64,000 bases of DNA, from assembly GCA_965220835.1 (NCBI GenBank), contig OZ244842.1, positions 3,495,611 to 3,559,610 on the forward strand, given 5' to 3'. This document shows, in pieces, positions 53,173 to 62,160 of this stretch. This DNA comes from Candidatus Azophilus sp. GTDB taxonomy: Bacteria; Pseudomonadota; Gammaproteobacteria; Pseudomonadales; Azotimanducaceae. The notes beneath the pieces are model-generated. The model was not told the DNA's origin, searched no databases, and was given only the letters and a program-made list of their open reading frames with translations. Positions within the stretch are counted from its first letter, which is position 1. Each line of letters starts with the position of its first letter. The translations under genes and the position numbers were made by a program.

Positions 53173-55194
53173 TTGCAGTTAGTCTATTCCATTGCCGTTT
53201 GGTTGCGATTGGATTGGGAGAATGAAGCGGTACGACATCGGCAGCCAACGGCGGCGCGGCCAATCACCTTGAACGAGTTTCCGGGAAGGCGTTGCCTGGC
53301 GCTGGCGCTGACATTGCTGCTGTCGGCCGCCAGCCCACTGGCCGGCGGGGCGGTCGAAGCGTCGCGCTACGAACAGCGCCAGTCTTACCGCAAGGCGGTG
53401 GACTTGGTGCGTGCGGGCCAAGTGACGGCTGCCTTGAAGATCCAGCAGGAGCTAGGTGACTATGCCCTCGCGCCCTACATCACCTACCATCGCTATCGGC
53501 TGCGCTTGAGCCGCCTGAGCGCGGCTGAGGTCAACGGCTTTCGGCGCGACTACCCGGACCTCCCAGGCGCCCAGCGCATCTTCCGGCAGTGGCTGCAGGC
53601 CTTGGCCGCACGTGGCCAGTGGCGCAACTTTCTCGAGCATCACGAGCCAACCGACAGCGTGGAGCTGCAATGCCTGCGCCTGCGGGCGCTGCACATCACC
53701 GGCCAACGGGAAGCCGCATTGGATGGTGTGGAAGCGCTCTGGACGGTGGGCAAGTCGCAACCCAAGGCCTGCGACACCATCTTTCAGATCTGGCAGCGTG
53801 AGCGGCTCGACGACGCCATCGCTTGGCAGCGCTTGGCCCTTGCTGTCAACGCCAACCAAAGGCAGCTGGCCCGCTACTTGGTGCGCTTTTTCTCGGCCAC
53901 GGTGAGAGTTTGGGCGCAGGCCCTCTACGACGTGCACGTCAATCCCGCCCACATCGAGCGAACCAGCCGGTACCGTGCGGATCATGAGTGGTCCCGAGGC
54001 GTCATCGCCCACGGGTTGAAGCGGCTGGCCGGGCGGGACGCCGAAGCCGCCCGGGACGCTTGGTCGAAGTACCAGGTCAGCCACGGGTTTTCCGAAGCCG
54101 AGCGGCGCCCCATTGATGAAGCCATCGATGCCGCGCTGGCGGAAGCCGGGCTGCTGGACCGGGTGCCAACGGCGGAGGACTCGGCGGAAACGGCCACTCG
54201 TTTCGCCCTTGCCTACCTCAAACAGCAAAACTGGCCGCTGCTCCAGGCTTGGATTGAGCGGATGCCGGAGGCGGAGCGCTTCAGCGACAAGTGGCAGTAC
54301 TGGCTGGCTCGGGCCGTGGACGCCTCCCACGCGGGCTCTGAACGGGCACGGCTGGCCTACCGTTCATTGGCCGAAAAGCGCTCCTACTACGGGTTCCTGG
54401 CGGCGCAACGGGCCGGTCTTGCCGTGCGGATGAACGATGCCTCAAGAGCCATTGGTGAAGCGGAGATGCAGCGGGCCCTTGCCATTCCTGCAGTCGGGCG
54501 CATGACCGAACTGTTCGCCGTCGGCGATGAGGTGAACGCCCGCCGGGAACTGCTCAGCGTCATTCCCCGGCTCAGCGTCGAAGAGCGCCGGGCCACCACC
54601 GCCATGGTGCAGCGCATCGGCCGACCCACCCTCGCCATTCACACCGCCAATCGGGCCCAGCTGCGCAATGACCTGCAGCTGCGGTTCCCCGTGCTGCACC
54701 AACCCCTGTTCGGGCAGGCCAGCCACGCCACCACCGTGCCGCTGCCGCTGCTGTTGGCATTCGCCCGCCAGGAAAGCGCCTTTGAGGCTGATGCCCGCTC
54801 GTCGGCCAATGCCCGGGGCGTGCTGCAGATGCTCACCAGCACTGCACGGCTGGCGGCCAAGCGGGCTGGGCTGCCCGCACCGACCGCCAATGACCTTTAC
54901 GATCCGGCCATCAACATACCCCTTGGCGCCAGCCACATCGCTTGGCTGCTGCGGCGCTACGATGACGTGCTGCCGTTGGCGATGGCTGCCTACAATGCCG
55001 GTGAGCACCGCGTTGACCGCTGGATGCGCGAGCGTGCGGGCTTGACGCTTGACGTGTGGATTGACGCCATTCCCTTCCGGGAAACCCGAAACTACGTTCA
55101 CAACGTGCTGGCCTTCAACCAGATCTACGCCGCCCGCTTTGGCGATGAGAGGCCGATGCTGCCTAACCTCGACATGGAGGTGGTGCCGCGGTGA
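53173..55194 (+). CDS. slt: soluble lytic murein transglycosylase (Slt70-like)
   Basis: Superhelical N-terminal region, then the SLT catalytic domain LLLAFARQESAFEADARSSANARGVLQM and AAYNAGEHRV. The start is uncertain: TTG at 53173, or TTG at 53269 just before the signal peptide CLALALTLLLSAASPLAGG. Confidence 0.85.
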   Translation: MQLVYSIAVWLRLDWENEAVRHRQPTAARPITLNEFPGRRCLALALTLLLSAASPLAGGAVEASRYEQRQSYRKAVDLVRAGQVTAALKIQQELGDYALAPYITYHRYRLRLSRLSAAEVNGFRRDYPDLPGAQRIFRQWLQALAARGQWRNFLEHHEPTDSVELQCLRLRALHITGQREAALDGVEALWTVGKSQPKACDTIFQIWQRERLDDAIAWQRLALAVNANQRQLARYLVRFFSATVRVWAQALYDVHVNPAHIERTSRYRADHEWSRGVIAHGLKRLAGRDAEAARDAWSKYQVSHGFSEAERRPIDEAIDAALAEAGLLDRVPTAEDSAETATRFALAYLKQQNWPLLQAWIERMPEAERFSDKWQYWLARAVDASHAGSERARLAYRSLAEKRSYYGFLAAQRAGLAVRMNDASRAIGEAEMQRALAIPAVGRMTELFAVGDEVNARRELLSVIPRLSVEERRATTAMVQRIGRPTLAIHTANRAQLRNDLQLRFPVLHQPLFGQASHATTVPLPLLLAFARQESAFEADARSSANARGVLQMLTSTARLAAKRAGLPAPTANDLYDPAINIPLGASHIAWLLRRYDDVLPLAMAAYNAGEHRVDRWMRERAGLTLDVWIDAIPFRETRNYVHNVLAFNQIYAARFGDERPMLPNLDMEVVPR

Positions 55195-55994
55195 GCGAGG
55201 TTGAGCTGGTGGACATTGGCGTCAACCTGCTAAACGGGCAGTTCCACGACGACCTTGACGCCGTGCTGGCCCGCGCCAGAGCCGCCGGGCTCGGCCACAT
55301 GATCGTCACCGGCACCAGCGTCGCGGACTCAGCGGCCGCCATCGAACTGTGCCGGGTCCATGGGGATCTCTCCTGCACGGTTGGCGTTCACCCTCACCAT
55401 GCCGCCAAGACGCTGGCTGAGGGCGGGGACTGGGTGGCGCATCTGCGGGCGATGGGCGGCCAAGAAACGGTCTGCGCCATCGGCGAGGCCGGGCTCGACT
55501 TCTACCGCAACTTCTCCCCGCCGCAAGCTCAGCACGCTGTGTTCGACGCCCAGATACGCTTGGCCGCCGAACTTGGCCTGCCGCTGTTCGTCCACGACCG
55601 GGACAGCGGCGGGGCAGTTTACGAGGCCTTGATGAGCCATGCCGAACAACTCAATGGCGTGGTGATCCACTGCTTCACAGGCGATGAAGCGGACCTGCAG
55701 CGCTATTTGGCAGCAGGCTTTTACATCGGCGTGACTGGCTGGGTCTGCGACCGCCGGCGTGGCGGGCGCCTGCGCGGCCTGATCCCGCAAATTCCCCTGG
55801 ATCGCCTGTTGATCGAAACCGATGCGCCCTTTCTGCTGCCCCATGGCGCCGCCAGCCCAACAGCCCACAAGCGGCGCAACGAACCCGCCTTGCTGCCCTT
55901 CATCGCCGGCGCCATCGCGGAACTGCGGGACCTGCCGGCGTCGGAGCTGGTCCGCCAAACCGCGGCCAACGCAAGGCGCCTGTTTCGCCTCTGA
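55191..55994 (+). CDS. tatD: TatD family metal-dependent hydrolase/DNase
   Basis: 267 aa. VDIGVNL, IGEAGLDFYRNFS, FVHDRDS, HCFTG, ETDAPFL. The GTG start overlaps the slt stop. Confidence 0.85.
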   Translation: MSEVELVDIGVNLLNGQFHDDLDAVLARARAAGLGHMIVTGTSVADSAAAIELCRVHGDLSCTVGVHPHHAAKTLAEGGDWVAHLRAMGGQETVCAIGEAGLDFYRNFSPPQAQHAVFDAQIRLAAELGLPLFVHDRDSGGAVYEALMSHAEQLNGVVIHCFTGDEADLQRYLAAGFYIGVTGWVCDRRRGGRLRGLIPQIPLDRLLIETDAPFLLPHGAASPTAHKRRNEPALLPFIAGAIAELRDLPASELVRQTAANARRLFRL

Positions 55995-56019
55995 TGGTGT
56001 CCTGGGCGGCCAGCACACG

Positions 56020-56271
56020 CTATTGCTCGTCAAGCAGCACGCTGGGGCCCAACAAGCCAATGACGGCATCCCGGTCGAAGGGCGAGTCGATTTCCCGGCT
56101 CGCGAAGCGCAGCACGGGGATGCGTTCGCCATAGCGCTGCAGCAAGGCATCCTCGGTGGCCACATCCACCACACGCAAAGCCAGGCCGCTGAGTTCTGGC
56201 ATACTCAGCAGCAGATCCAGCGCCTGCTCGCACAGGGTGCAGGCGCCGGTCGAGTAGAGAATCAACTCCAT
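56020..56271 (-). CDS. glutaredoxin-like small thioredoxin-fold protein (DUF836 type)
   Basis: ORF 56020..56430, with the start at ATG 56271 (MELILYSTGACTLCEQALDLL...GERIPVL). CxxC motif. Confidence 0.75.
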   Translation of the reverse strand: MELILYSTGACTLCEQALDLLLSMPELSGLALRVVDVATEDALLQRYGERIPVLRFASREIDSPFDRDAVIGLLGPSVLLDEQ

Positions 56272-57214
56272 GCTTGCATCATACCGCCACGGCGACCGGG
56301 CCAGCGCCGCCAAGTACCCGTTGGCCACCGGCAACGCCTTGCCATGGCACGCAACGGCCGATGGTGCTTGGTGCGAGCTGGCCTTGCCGCCTTGCCCTGC
56401 CGCCCACATCATCGTGCCCAGCCTGTCCACGAATCTTGGGGATTGCGTCTACCAAGTGTCTTTGCGCACGGCCGACGACGGCTGGACTTTGCAGACCGTG
56501 CCGTCTTGGCCGGAAGCCCGCCGCCGGACCCGCGGCCGGTCAGCGAACGGCTTGGTCAGCACCCACATCGACTGCTTTCACACCGAAGCGGACCTGCCCG
56601 CCAGCCGCCTGCGGTTCACGCTGCACCAAGCGGAGCCGCCGCCGCGCCATTTGCTGGCCGTCTCGGTGCGTCCCCTCGTGATGCCTCCCCAAGCGCCCAA
56701 GGCAACGCGGGCGCTGGCTCCGCAGCCTCCTGTCATCAGCCAAATGCAAGGACCTCGCGCCATTCGGCAACGCATCTGCTCGCCCACGGCATTGGCGATG
56801 ACCCTAAAGGCGCTGGATGCCGGCATTGACTGGCTTGAGGTGGTGGCGCAGTGCTTCGACCAACGCACCCAATCCTACGGCTGCTGGCCGATGGCCATCC
56901 GCTGCGCCGCCGGCTTTGGCCGGCTTGGGGCGGTGGAGGCGCTGCCCAGTTGGGAGCCAGCACTCCAGGTGCTGCGCTGCGGCCTGCCCATCGTCGCCAG
57001 CATTGACTTCGCCGCGGGCGAGCTGCCCGGCGCGCCGCTTTCCAAGACCGCAGGCCACTTGGTAACCTGTTACGGCGTTGACGGCGATGCAGTGCTGGTC
57101 AACGATCCGGCGGCCGACGAAGCGGCAGGCGTGTCCCGCCGCTATGACATCGAAGCCTTCAGCCACGCATGGCTGCACCGCCGGGGAGCGGCTTACATCA
57201 TACCGGTGACGTAG
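56270..57214 (+). CDS. peptidase C39-like (papain-fold) domain protein with an uncharacterised N-terminal domain
   Basis: 314 aa. The C-terminal half carries a candidate catalytic Cys (RICSPTALAMTL) and His (TAGHLVTCYGVDGDAVLVNDP). ATG 56270 overlaps the divergent start codon; an alternative in-frame TTG lies at 56321. Confidence 0.6.
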   Translation: MLASYRHGDRASAAKYPLATGNALPWHATADGAWCELALPPCPAAHIIVPSLSTNLGDCVYQVSLRTADDGWTLQTVPSWPEARRRTRGRSANGLVSTHIDCFHTEADLPASRLRFTLHQAEPPPRHLLAVSVRPLVMPPQAPKATRALAPQPPVISQMQGPRAIRQRICSPTALAMTLKALDAGIDWLEVVAQCFDQRTQSYGCWPMAIRCAAGFGRLGAVEALPSWEPALQVLRCGLPIVASIDFAAGELPGAPLSKTAGHLVTCYGVDGDAVLVNDPAADEAAGVSRRYDIEAFSHAWLHRRGAAYIIPVT

Positions 57215-57336
57215 CGGGCTAACCGTGTACAGGCAGGAAGGCCCATCCTAGGGGGATTGCGAGCCACCGGCCTTGGATCGGGCAATTGGCGTGGGCATTC
57301 TGTCGGGAGGCCAGAAACTTGGTTCGTGGATTTGCG

Positions 57337-57552
57337 ATGAAGCACTTGGCGTGGTTCCTGCTGCTGGCGGCCGGCTTTGGCCTGACCACGGCCGGGTTGA
57401 TGCTCTGGCACGATCGGGGCTTCACCTTCAACGGCATGTGGCAGCTTGACGACGGCCTGCATCCGCTGTACTTGCTGATCCTCGGCATTGCCATGATTCC
57501 GCCGGCGCTGGCTGAGATCATCCTGCTTGAGCAGCGCCGCGACGATGGCTGA
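57337..57552 (+). CDS. hypothetical small membrane protein
   Basis: ORF 57286..57552, ATG at 57337 (MKHLAWFLLLAAGFGLTTAGLMLW...LYLLILGIAMIPPALAEIILL). Two TM segments. It overlaps the next start by 8 nt. Confidence 0.45.
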   Translation: MKHLAWFLLLAAGFGLTTAGLMLWHDRGFTFNGMWQLDDGLHPLYLLILGIAMIPPALAEIILLEQRRDDG

Positions 57553-58096
57553 GGCTAGGGCTGAGCCTGCTGAGCGGCGGGTGTACCTGCGCCCGGTCAG
57601 CCGCCGGGACCGGGATGAGTTCATCACCGTCATGCGTCGAAGCGCATCATTGCACGAGCCGTGGATCCACCCGCCCATCACCCGCGATGCCTTCAGCCGC
57701 TACCTGAAGCGCCTGGAGCAGGACGACCATGTGGGCCTATTGGCCATCGAGAAGGAAACCGAAGCCATCGTCGGATGCTTCAACCTCAACAACATCGTGC
57801 GCGGTTCTTTTCTGAGCGCCACCCTCGGTTATTATGCCGCCCAACCTTACGCGGGACGCGGCTACATGCAGGAGGGTCTTGAATTGGTCATTGCATGGGC
57901 CGTGGAAAAACTGGGCCTGCACCGCTTGGAGGCAAACATCCAACCACGCAACGAACGATCCATCGCCTTGGTGAGGCGTTGCGGCTTCAAACGGGAGGGT
58001 GTCTCGCCAAGCTACTTGTTCATTGCCGGCGCTTGGCGGGACCATGAGCGCTGGGCTTGGCTTGACCGGCGCCACGGCCTGCGTCCGCCATTGTGA
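57545..58096 (+). CDS. GNAT family N-acetyltransferase (RimJ/RimL-like)
   Basis: ORF 57527..58096, ATG at 57545. It has YAGRGYMQEGLELVIAWAVEKLGLHRLEANIQPRNERSIALVRRCGFKREG. Confidence 0.8.
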   Translation: MAEARAEPAERRVYLRPVSRRDRDEFITVMRRSASLHEPWIHPPITRDAFSRYLKRLEQDDHVGLLAIEKETEAIVGCFNLNNIVRGSFLSATLGYYAAQPYAGRGYMQEGLELVIAWAVEKLGLHRLEANIQPRNERSIALVRRCGFKREGVSPSYLFIAGAWRDHERWAWLDRRHGLRPPL

Positions 58097-59982
58097 CGCC
58101 TTACGGCACTTGGCCTTCGCCGATCACGCCGCGCCTAGTGGCCGAATCGGCGGTCGGCATTGGCGATCCCCAGGTCAGCGGCGGCGCCGCCTACTGGCTG
58201 GAATCGCGCCCCGCCGAAGGGGGCCGCGTCACCCTGTTCAAGCAGCTGGGAAAGCAGGCTACTGAGCTCACGCCAGGCACCTTCAGCGTCAGGAGCCGGG
58301 TCCATGAGTACGGCGGTGGCGCCTACCTGCCCACCGACAGCGGCGTCTTCTTCGTCAACGACCGCGGCCAGAACATCCATCGGATTGCCCCGGACGGCGG
58401 CATCAGCCCGGTCACGGACTCCCCCTCCAGCGTGCGCTACGCAGACCTCTGCTTCGATGCCACCCGCCGCCGGCTGATCGCCGTCACCGAGATTCACGGC
58501 GATGGCGAGCCGCAGAACGCCCTTGCCACGATCAGCATCGACGATGGCCACGTGGCCTTGCTGCACCAAGGCCATGACTTCTACTCAGCACCCCGGCTTT
58601 CGGCCGACGGCCAGGAATTGCTGTTCATCGCTTGGGACCATCCGAACATGCCGTGGGATGGCACCCAACTGCTGCGTTGCCGCTTGGACGGGCAAGGCAT
58701 CGGCGAGGCCGCCGTGATTGCCGGCGGCGCTCGGGAATCGGTGATGCAACCAAGTTGGACGCCGGATGGCGCGGTGCTCTACATCAGCGACCGCAGTGGC
58801 TACTGGAACCTCCATCGGCTGGACGAATCCGGGGACGAGCCCGTATTGGCCGACGATGCGGACTGGGGCGGCCCGGCGTGGCAATTCGGCCAACGCAGCT
58901 ACGCCTGCCTTGACGAACGTTTCATCGCCGCCTGCCGGCACGGGCAAGGCGGGCAGGACTTGGTGCTGGTTGATCGGCAAAGCGGCTTCGCCAGCCCGTT
59001 GCTGGAAGGCACCGCCGGGTGCGGTCAGCTTTCGGTTCACGGGAACGACATCTACTTTCTGGCTGCCTACAGCGACCGGCCCACCGAGTTCGTCCGCTTG
59101 AACCCAGGCACCGGCGCCACCACCACGGTGGCCAAGCCAGCGCCGCCGGACGTGAACCGGGCCCATTTCATCGCCGCGGAGCGCATCGCCTACCCAACGC
59201 GGGACGGCGAGCGGGCCTACGCCTACCTCTACCGACCCCACAATCCCGATCACGCCAGCGAGGGCGAAAAGCCGCCCCTCTTGACGCTTTGCCACGGCGG
59301 GCCAACCGGGGCGGCATCGCCGGCGCTCAGGCTGCTTGTGCAGTTCTACACCAGCCGGGGCTGGCTGGTGGTGGACGTGGACTACCGCGGCAGCACCGGC
59401 TATGGACGCGCTTACCGGGAGGCCCTGAACGGCCGCTGGGGCGAACTGGACCTCAGTGATTGCGAAGACGCCGTGTACCACCTTGCCGCCCAAGGCGAGG
59501 CCGACCCGGCCCGCGCGGCGATCCGCGGCGGCAGCGCGGGCGGCTACACGGTGCTGCGCGCCCTCACCGCAGGCAGCGTGTTTCGGGCCGGCGCCAGCCA
59601 CTACGGCATTGGCGACCTCTCCGCCCTGGCCCGCGACACCCACAAGTTCGAGTCCCGCTACCTCGATGCGCTGCTCGGTTCGGACGAGGCGCTCACTGAG
59701 CGCTCACCCATCAACCACCTCGACGGCCTGAACTGCCCGGTGATCTTCTTCCAGGGCGCCGAGGACCGCATCGTGCCGCCCAATCAGGCCCAAGCCATGG
59801 TTTCGGCGTTGCGCGCCAAGGGCCTGCCGGTTGCCTACATCGAGTATCCCGGCGAGGGGCACGGTTTTCGGGATGGTGCCAACATCGCCCACAGCATTGG
59901 CGCGGAATATGCTTTCTTCTGCCGAGTCTTCGGCCTGCCCGTGCCTGACGGGCTGCCGAACATTGAGGTGGAGAGCCTGTGA
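58093..59982 (+). CDS. S9 family serine peptidase (prolyl oligopeptidase/acylaminoacyl-peptidase type)
   Basis: 629 aa. N-terminal beta-propeller region, then a C-terminal alpha/beta domain with IRGGSAGGYTVL (GxSxGG nucleophile), DRIVPPNQ and EGHGF. The GTGA overlaps the GNAT stop. Confidence 0.85.
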   Translation: MTPYGTWPSPITPRLVAESAVGIGDPQVSGGAAYWLESRPAEGGRVTLFKQLGKQATELTPGTFSVRSRVHEYGGGAYLPTDSGVFFVNDRGQNIHRIAPDGGISPVTDSPSSVRYADLCFDATRRRLIAVTEIHGDGEPQNALATISIDDGHVALLHQGHDFYSAPRLSADGQELLFIAWDHPNMPWDGTQLLRCRLDGQGIGEAAVIAGGARESVMQPSWTPDGAVLYISDRSGYWNLHRLDESGDEPVLADDADWGGPAWQFGQRSYACLDERFIAACRHGQGGQDLVLVDRQSGFASPLLEGTAGCGQLSVHGNDIYFLAAYSDRPTEFVRLNPGTGATTTVAKPAPPDVNRAHFIAAERIAYPTRDGERAYAYLYRPHNPDHASEGEKPPLLTLCHGGPTGAASPALRLLVQFYTSRGWLVVDVDYRGSTGYGRAYREALNGRWGELDLSDCEDAVYHLAAQGEADPARAAIRGGSAGGYTVLRALTAGSVFRAGASHYGIGDLSALARDTHKFESRYLDALLGSDEALTERSPINHLDGLNCPVIFFQGAEDRIVPPNQAQAMVSALRAKGLPVAYIEYPGEGHGFRDGANIAHSIGAEYAFFCRVFGLPVPDGLPNIEVESL

Positions 59983-60920
59983 GCGAAGCCTGCGATGTGA
60001 TCGTGCTGCAGGGCGGCCAGTCGCTGGAAGCCGAGATTTCCCGCGTGTCCGCCGGCCAAGTGGCCGCTGGCCTGGAAGCTGCCGGGCACCGCGTCACGCT
60101 CTTGGAAGTGGACCGGGATGCGCCGGCACAGCTGGCCCAGGCGCGCCCGGATGTGGTGTTTCCCGCCCTGCACGGCCCTCCCGGAGAGGATGGCACAGTG
60201 CAGGGGCTGCTGGACATATTGCAGTTGCCTTATGTGGGCGGCGGCGTGGCTGCCAGCGCGGCGGCGATGGACAAAGTCTGCGCCAAGGCCCTATTCCGCC
60301 GCGCCGGGTTGCCGGTGGCCGATGATGTGATCCTCTTTCCAGGCAGCGCCGCCGAGGACGCCGCCGCGCGCATCATCGACACCCTAGGCGATCAACTGGT
60401 CATCAAACCGTCCGCACAGGGCAGCGCCATCGGTGTCGCACGGCTGCCCAAGGCCACCGATATTGCCGCCGCCGTGGCCGACGGGTTGAAGCTCGGCAGC
60501 GTCATCGTCGAGCCGTTCGTCACCGGGCGCGAGATCACCGTCGGCGTGCTCGATCTCCACGGCCAAGCGCCGCGCGCCTTCCCGGTGATCGAAATCCGCA
60601 CCGCGCCGGGGGAGTGGTACGATGCCGTGAACCGCTACCAAGCCGGTGCCAGCGAGCACGTCATCCCCGCCCCGCTGCCCGCCGCCGTCAACGCCGAGCT
60701 GCAGCGCATCGCCATCGCCGCCCATCGGGCATTGGGATTGCGGGATCTGTCGCGAGCCGATTTCATCGTCGGCAACGACGAAGACATCCACCTGCTTGAA
60801 GTCAACTCCCTGCCGGGCATGACGCCCACCAGCCTCTACCCCGACGGAGCGAGGGCGGATGGCTTGGCGTTTCCCCAGTTGCTGGATGCCTTGGTGCGGA
60901 GCGCTTTGGAACGGGGGTAG
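59979..60920 (+). CDS. ddl: D-alanine--D-alanine ligase
   Basis: 313 aa. VFPALHGPPGEDGTVQGLLDILQLPYVGGGV, LVIKPSAQGSAIGV, LEVNSLPGMT. The GTG overlaps the peptidase stop. Confidence 0.9.
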   Translation: MSEACDVIVLQGGQSLEAEISRVSAGQVAAGLEAAGHRVTLLEVDRDAPAQLAQARPDVVFPALHGPPGEDGTVQGLLDILQLPYVGGGVAASAAAMDKVCAKALFRRAGLPVADDVILFPGSAAEDAAARIIDTLGDQLVIKPSAQGSAIGVARLPKATDIAAAVADGLKLGSVIVEPFVTGREITVGVLDLHGQAPRAFPVIEIRTAPGEWYDAVNRYQAGASEHVIPAPLPAAVNAELQRIAIAAHRALGLRDLSRADFIVGNDEDIHLLEVNSLPGMTPTSLYPDGARADGLAFPQLLDALVRSALERG

Positions 60921-60982
60921 GGGTTGGAGGGCCAGTGGCGCGAATAGGAGCGCGAGTCGAACCCGACAGGACCGCAAGTGCA

Positions 60983-61489
60983 ATGGCCACAGATAGTGGA
61001 GAGTGTGACCCCAACGATTGGTCGGAAGTGCCGACGTTGCTTGGAGAACTGTATCGCGTCGTCAATCGTCTGGAGGCTCTTTTCCCGGGTCGCCGATTCA
61101 CGCTGGATGGGCATCTAGTCGGCAGTATCGGAGAAGTCGTTGCCGCCCGGATGTTCGGGCTTGAGTTGCTTCCTGCTACCACGCCAGAGCACGATGCCAT
61201 CACAACTGACAATGGAACTCGGGTTCAGATCAAACTCACGCAAAGGGACCGCGTCGCCCTCACAGCGGATCCAAGACATCTGTTGGTTCTGAAGCTAACC
61301 GCCGATCTGCGTGTGGAAGTCATCTACAACGGTTGCGGGGCTACACCGTGGTTGAACGCGGGCAGGATGCAGAAAAACGGCCAGCGACAAATCTCGCTGT
61401 CGAAGCTCCGAGGACTAGACGAGGATGTCCCTGACTCAGACCGCCTTCCAATTCTCAATCGAGTGAGTCTGCACCAAACCGACGAGTGA
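60983..61489 (+). CDS. hypothetical protein, PD-(D/E)xK-nuclease-like (resembles the family annotated DUF6998, from memory)
   Basis: ORF 60935..61489 (GTG), with ATG at 60983. Core FTLDGHLVGSIGEVVAARMFGLELLPATTPEHDAITTDNGTRVQIKLTQ gives an E...D...QxK arrangement. The gene is visibly more A/T-rich than its flanks. Confidence 0.6.
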   Translation: MATDSGECDPNDWSEVPTLLGELYRVVNRLEALFPGRRFTLDGHLVGSIGEVVAARMFGLELLPATTPEHDAITTDNGTRVQIKLTQRDRVALTADPRHLLVLKLTADLRVEVIYNGCGATPWLNAGRMQKNGQRQISLSKLRGLDEDVPDSDRLPILNRVSLHQTDE

Positions 61490-61627
61490 TGCTGTTTCTT
61501 CATTCCCCCTGATGCCCGTGTTCCTTCAAACGCGAAAACAGTCCATTTGCGCAGTCGACTCGTCGTTTAGCGACGGAGCAACCCCGGAATCAACACCATG
61601 GCGTTGCTTTCTTGATGCTGTGCAATC

Positions 61628-62140
61628 TCAAGTCTCTGGCCACAGCGTGGGAGCCACGGAGTACGGCAAGTAAAGCGGGTGCTTGGGATGGCCCGCTTTG
61701 GTCAGGCCGAGATGGAAGAGGGCGCGGTCGCTGTGGCGCATAAGGTCCTCGACCGCCGAGCCTCGGCCGTGCAAGGCGCCATGATTGCCCCAGCCGCAGA
61801 TGACTTGATCCGCCCAATGGCAGGCTTCAACCAAGACGTCATCGGTTTCCTGCCCCACCGGTGCGGCTGCCGCCCGCAGTTGCTGTGGATCAGTGGCCCG
61901 CCAGGCAAAGAGATTGCAGACTCGATAGGCTCCAAAGCCCATGCGCTGGGCCCGACGCTCCACCCGCTCGATGGTCGCGTCGTTCGCCAATTCGGTGGCG
62001 GTTGAGGGATTGAGCATGACGAACAGCGCCTTGGGGCCGGCCGGCGCCCAAGTGCGCGTGAGATCGTAACGGTACTGCTCGCACGGGGAGTACCGTGCGA
62101 CCGAGACGCGGCCCACGCGCTCGTGGCGGCGGACGATCAT
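61628..62140 (-). CDS. DUF1643 domain protein
   Basis: Only the C-terminal 170 aa of ORF 61628..63361 look coding. From ATG 62140: MIVRRHERV...YRYDLTRTW...ALFVMLNPSTA...TIERVERRAQRMGFGAYRVCNLFAWRATDP...VICGWGNHG. The start is 20 nt after the amtB stop. Confidence 0.7.
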   Translation of the reverse strand: MIVRRHERVGRVSVARYSPCEQYRYDLTRTWAPAGPKALFVMLNPSTATELANDATIERVERRAQRMGFGAYRVCNLFAWRATDPQQLRAAAAPVGQETDDVLVEACHWADQVICGWGNHGALHGRGSAVEDLMRHSDRALFHLGLTKAGHPKHPLYLPYSVAPTLWPET

Positions 62141-62160
62141 CCGCACGGACCGGACAGACC

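Noticed and set aside
60935-62140. Calling the ddl-amtB interval a genomic island or defence island
   Set aside because: There is no integrase, tRNA gene, direct-repeat boundary or recognised defence gene. Only one gene looks compositionally odd, and GC was judged by eye. It is kept as a hypothesis only.
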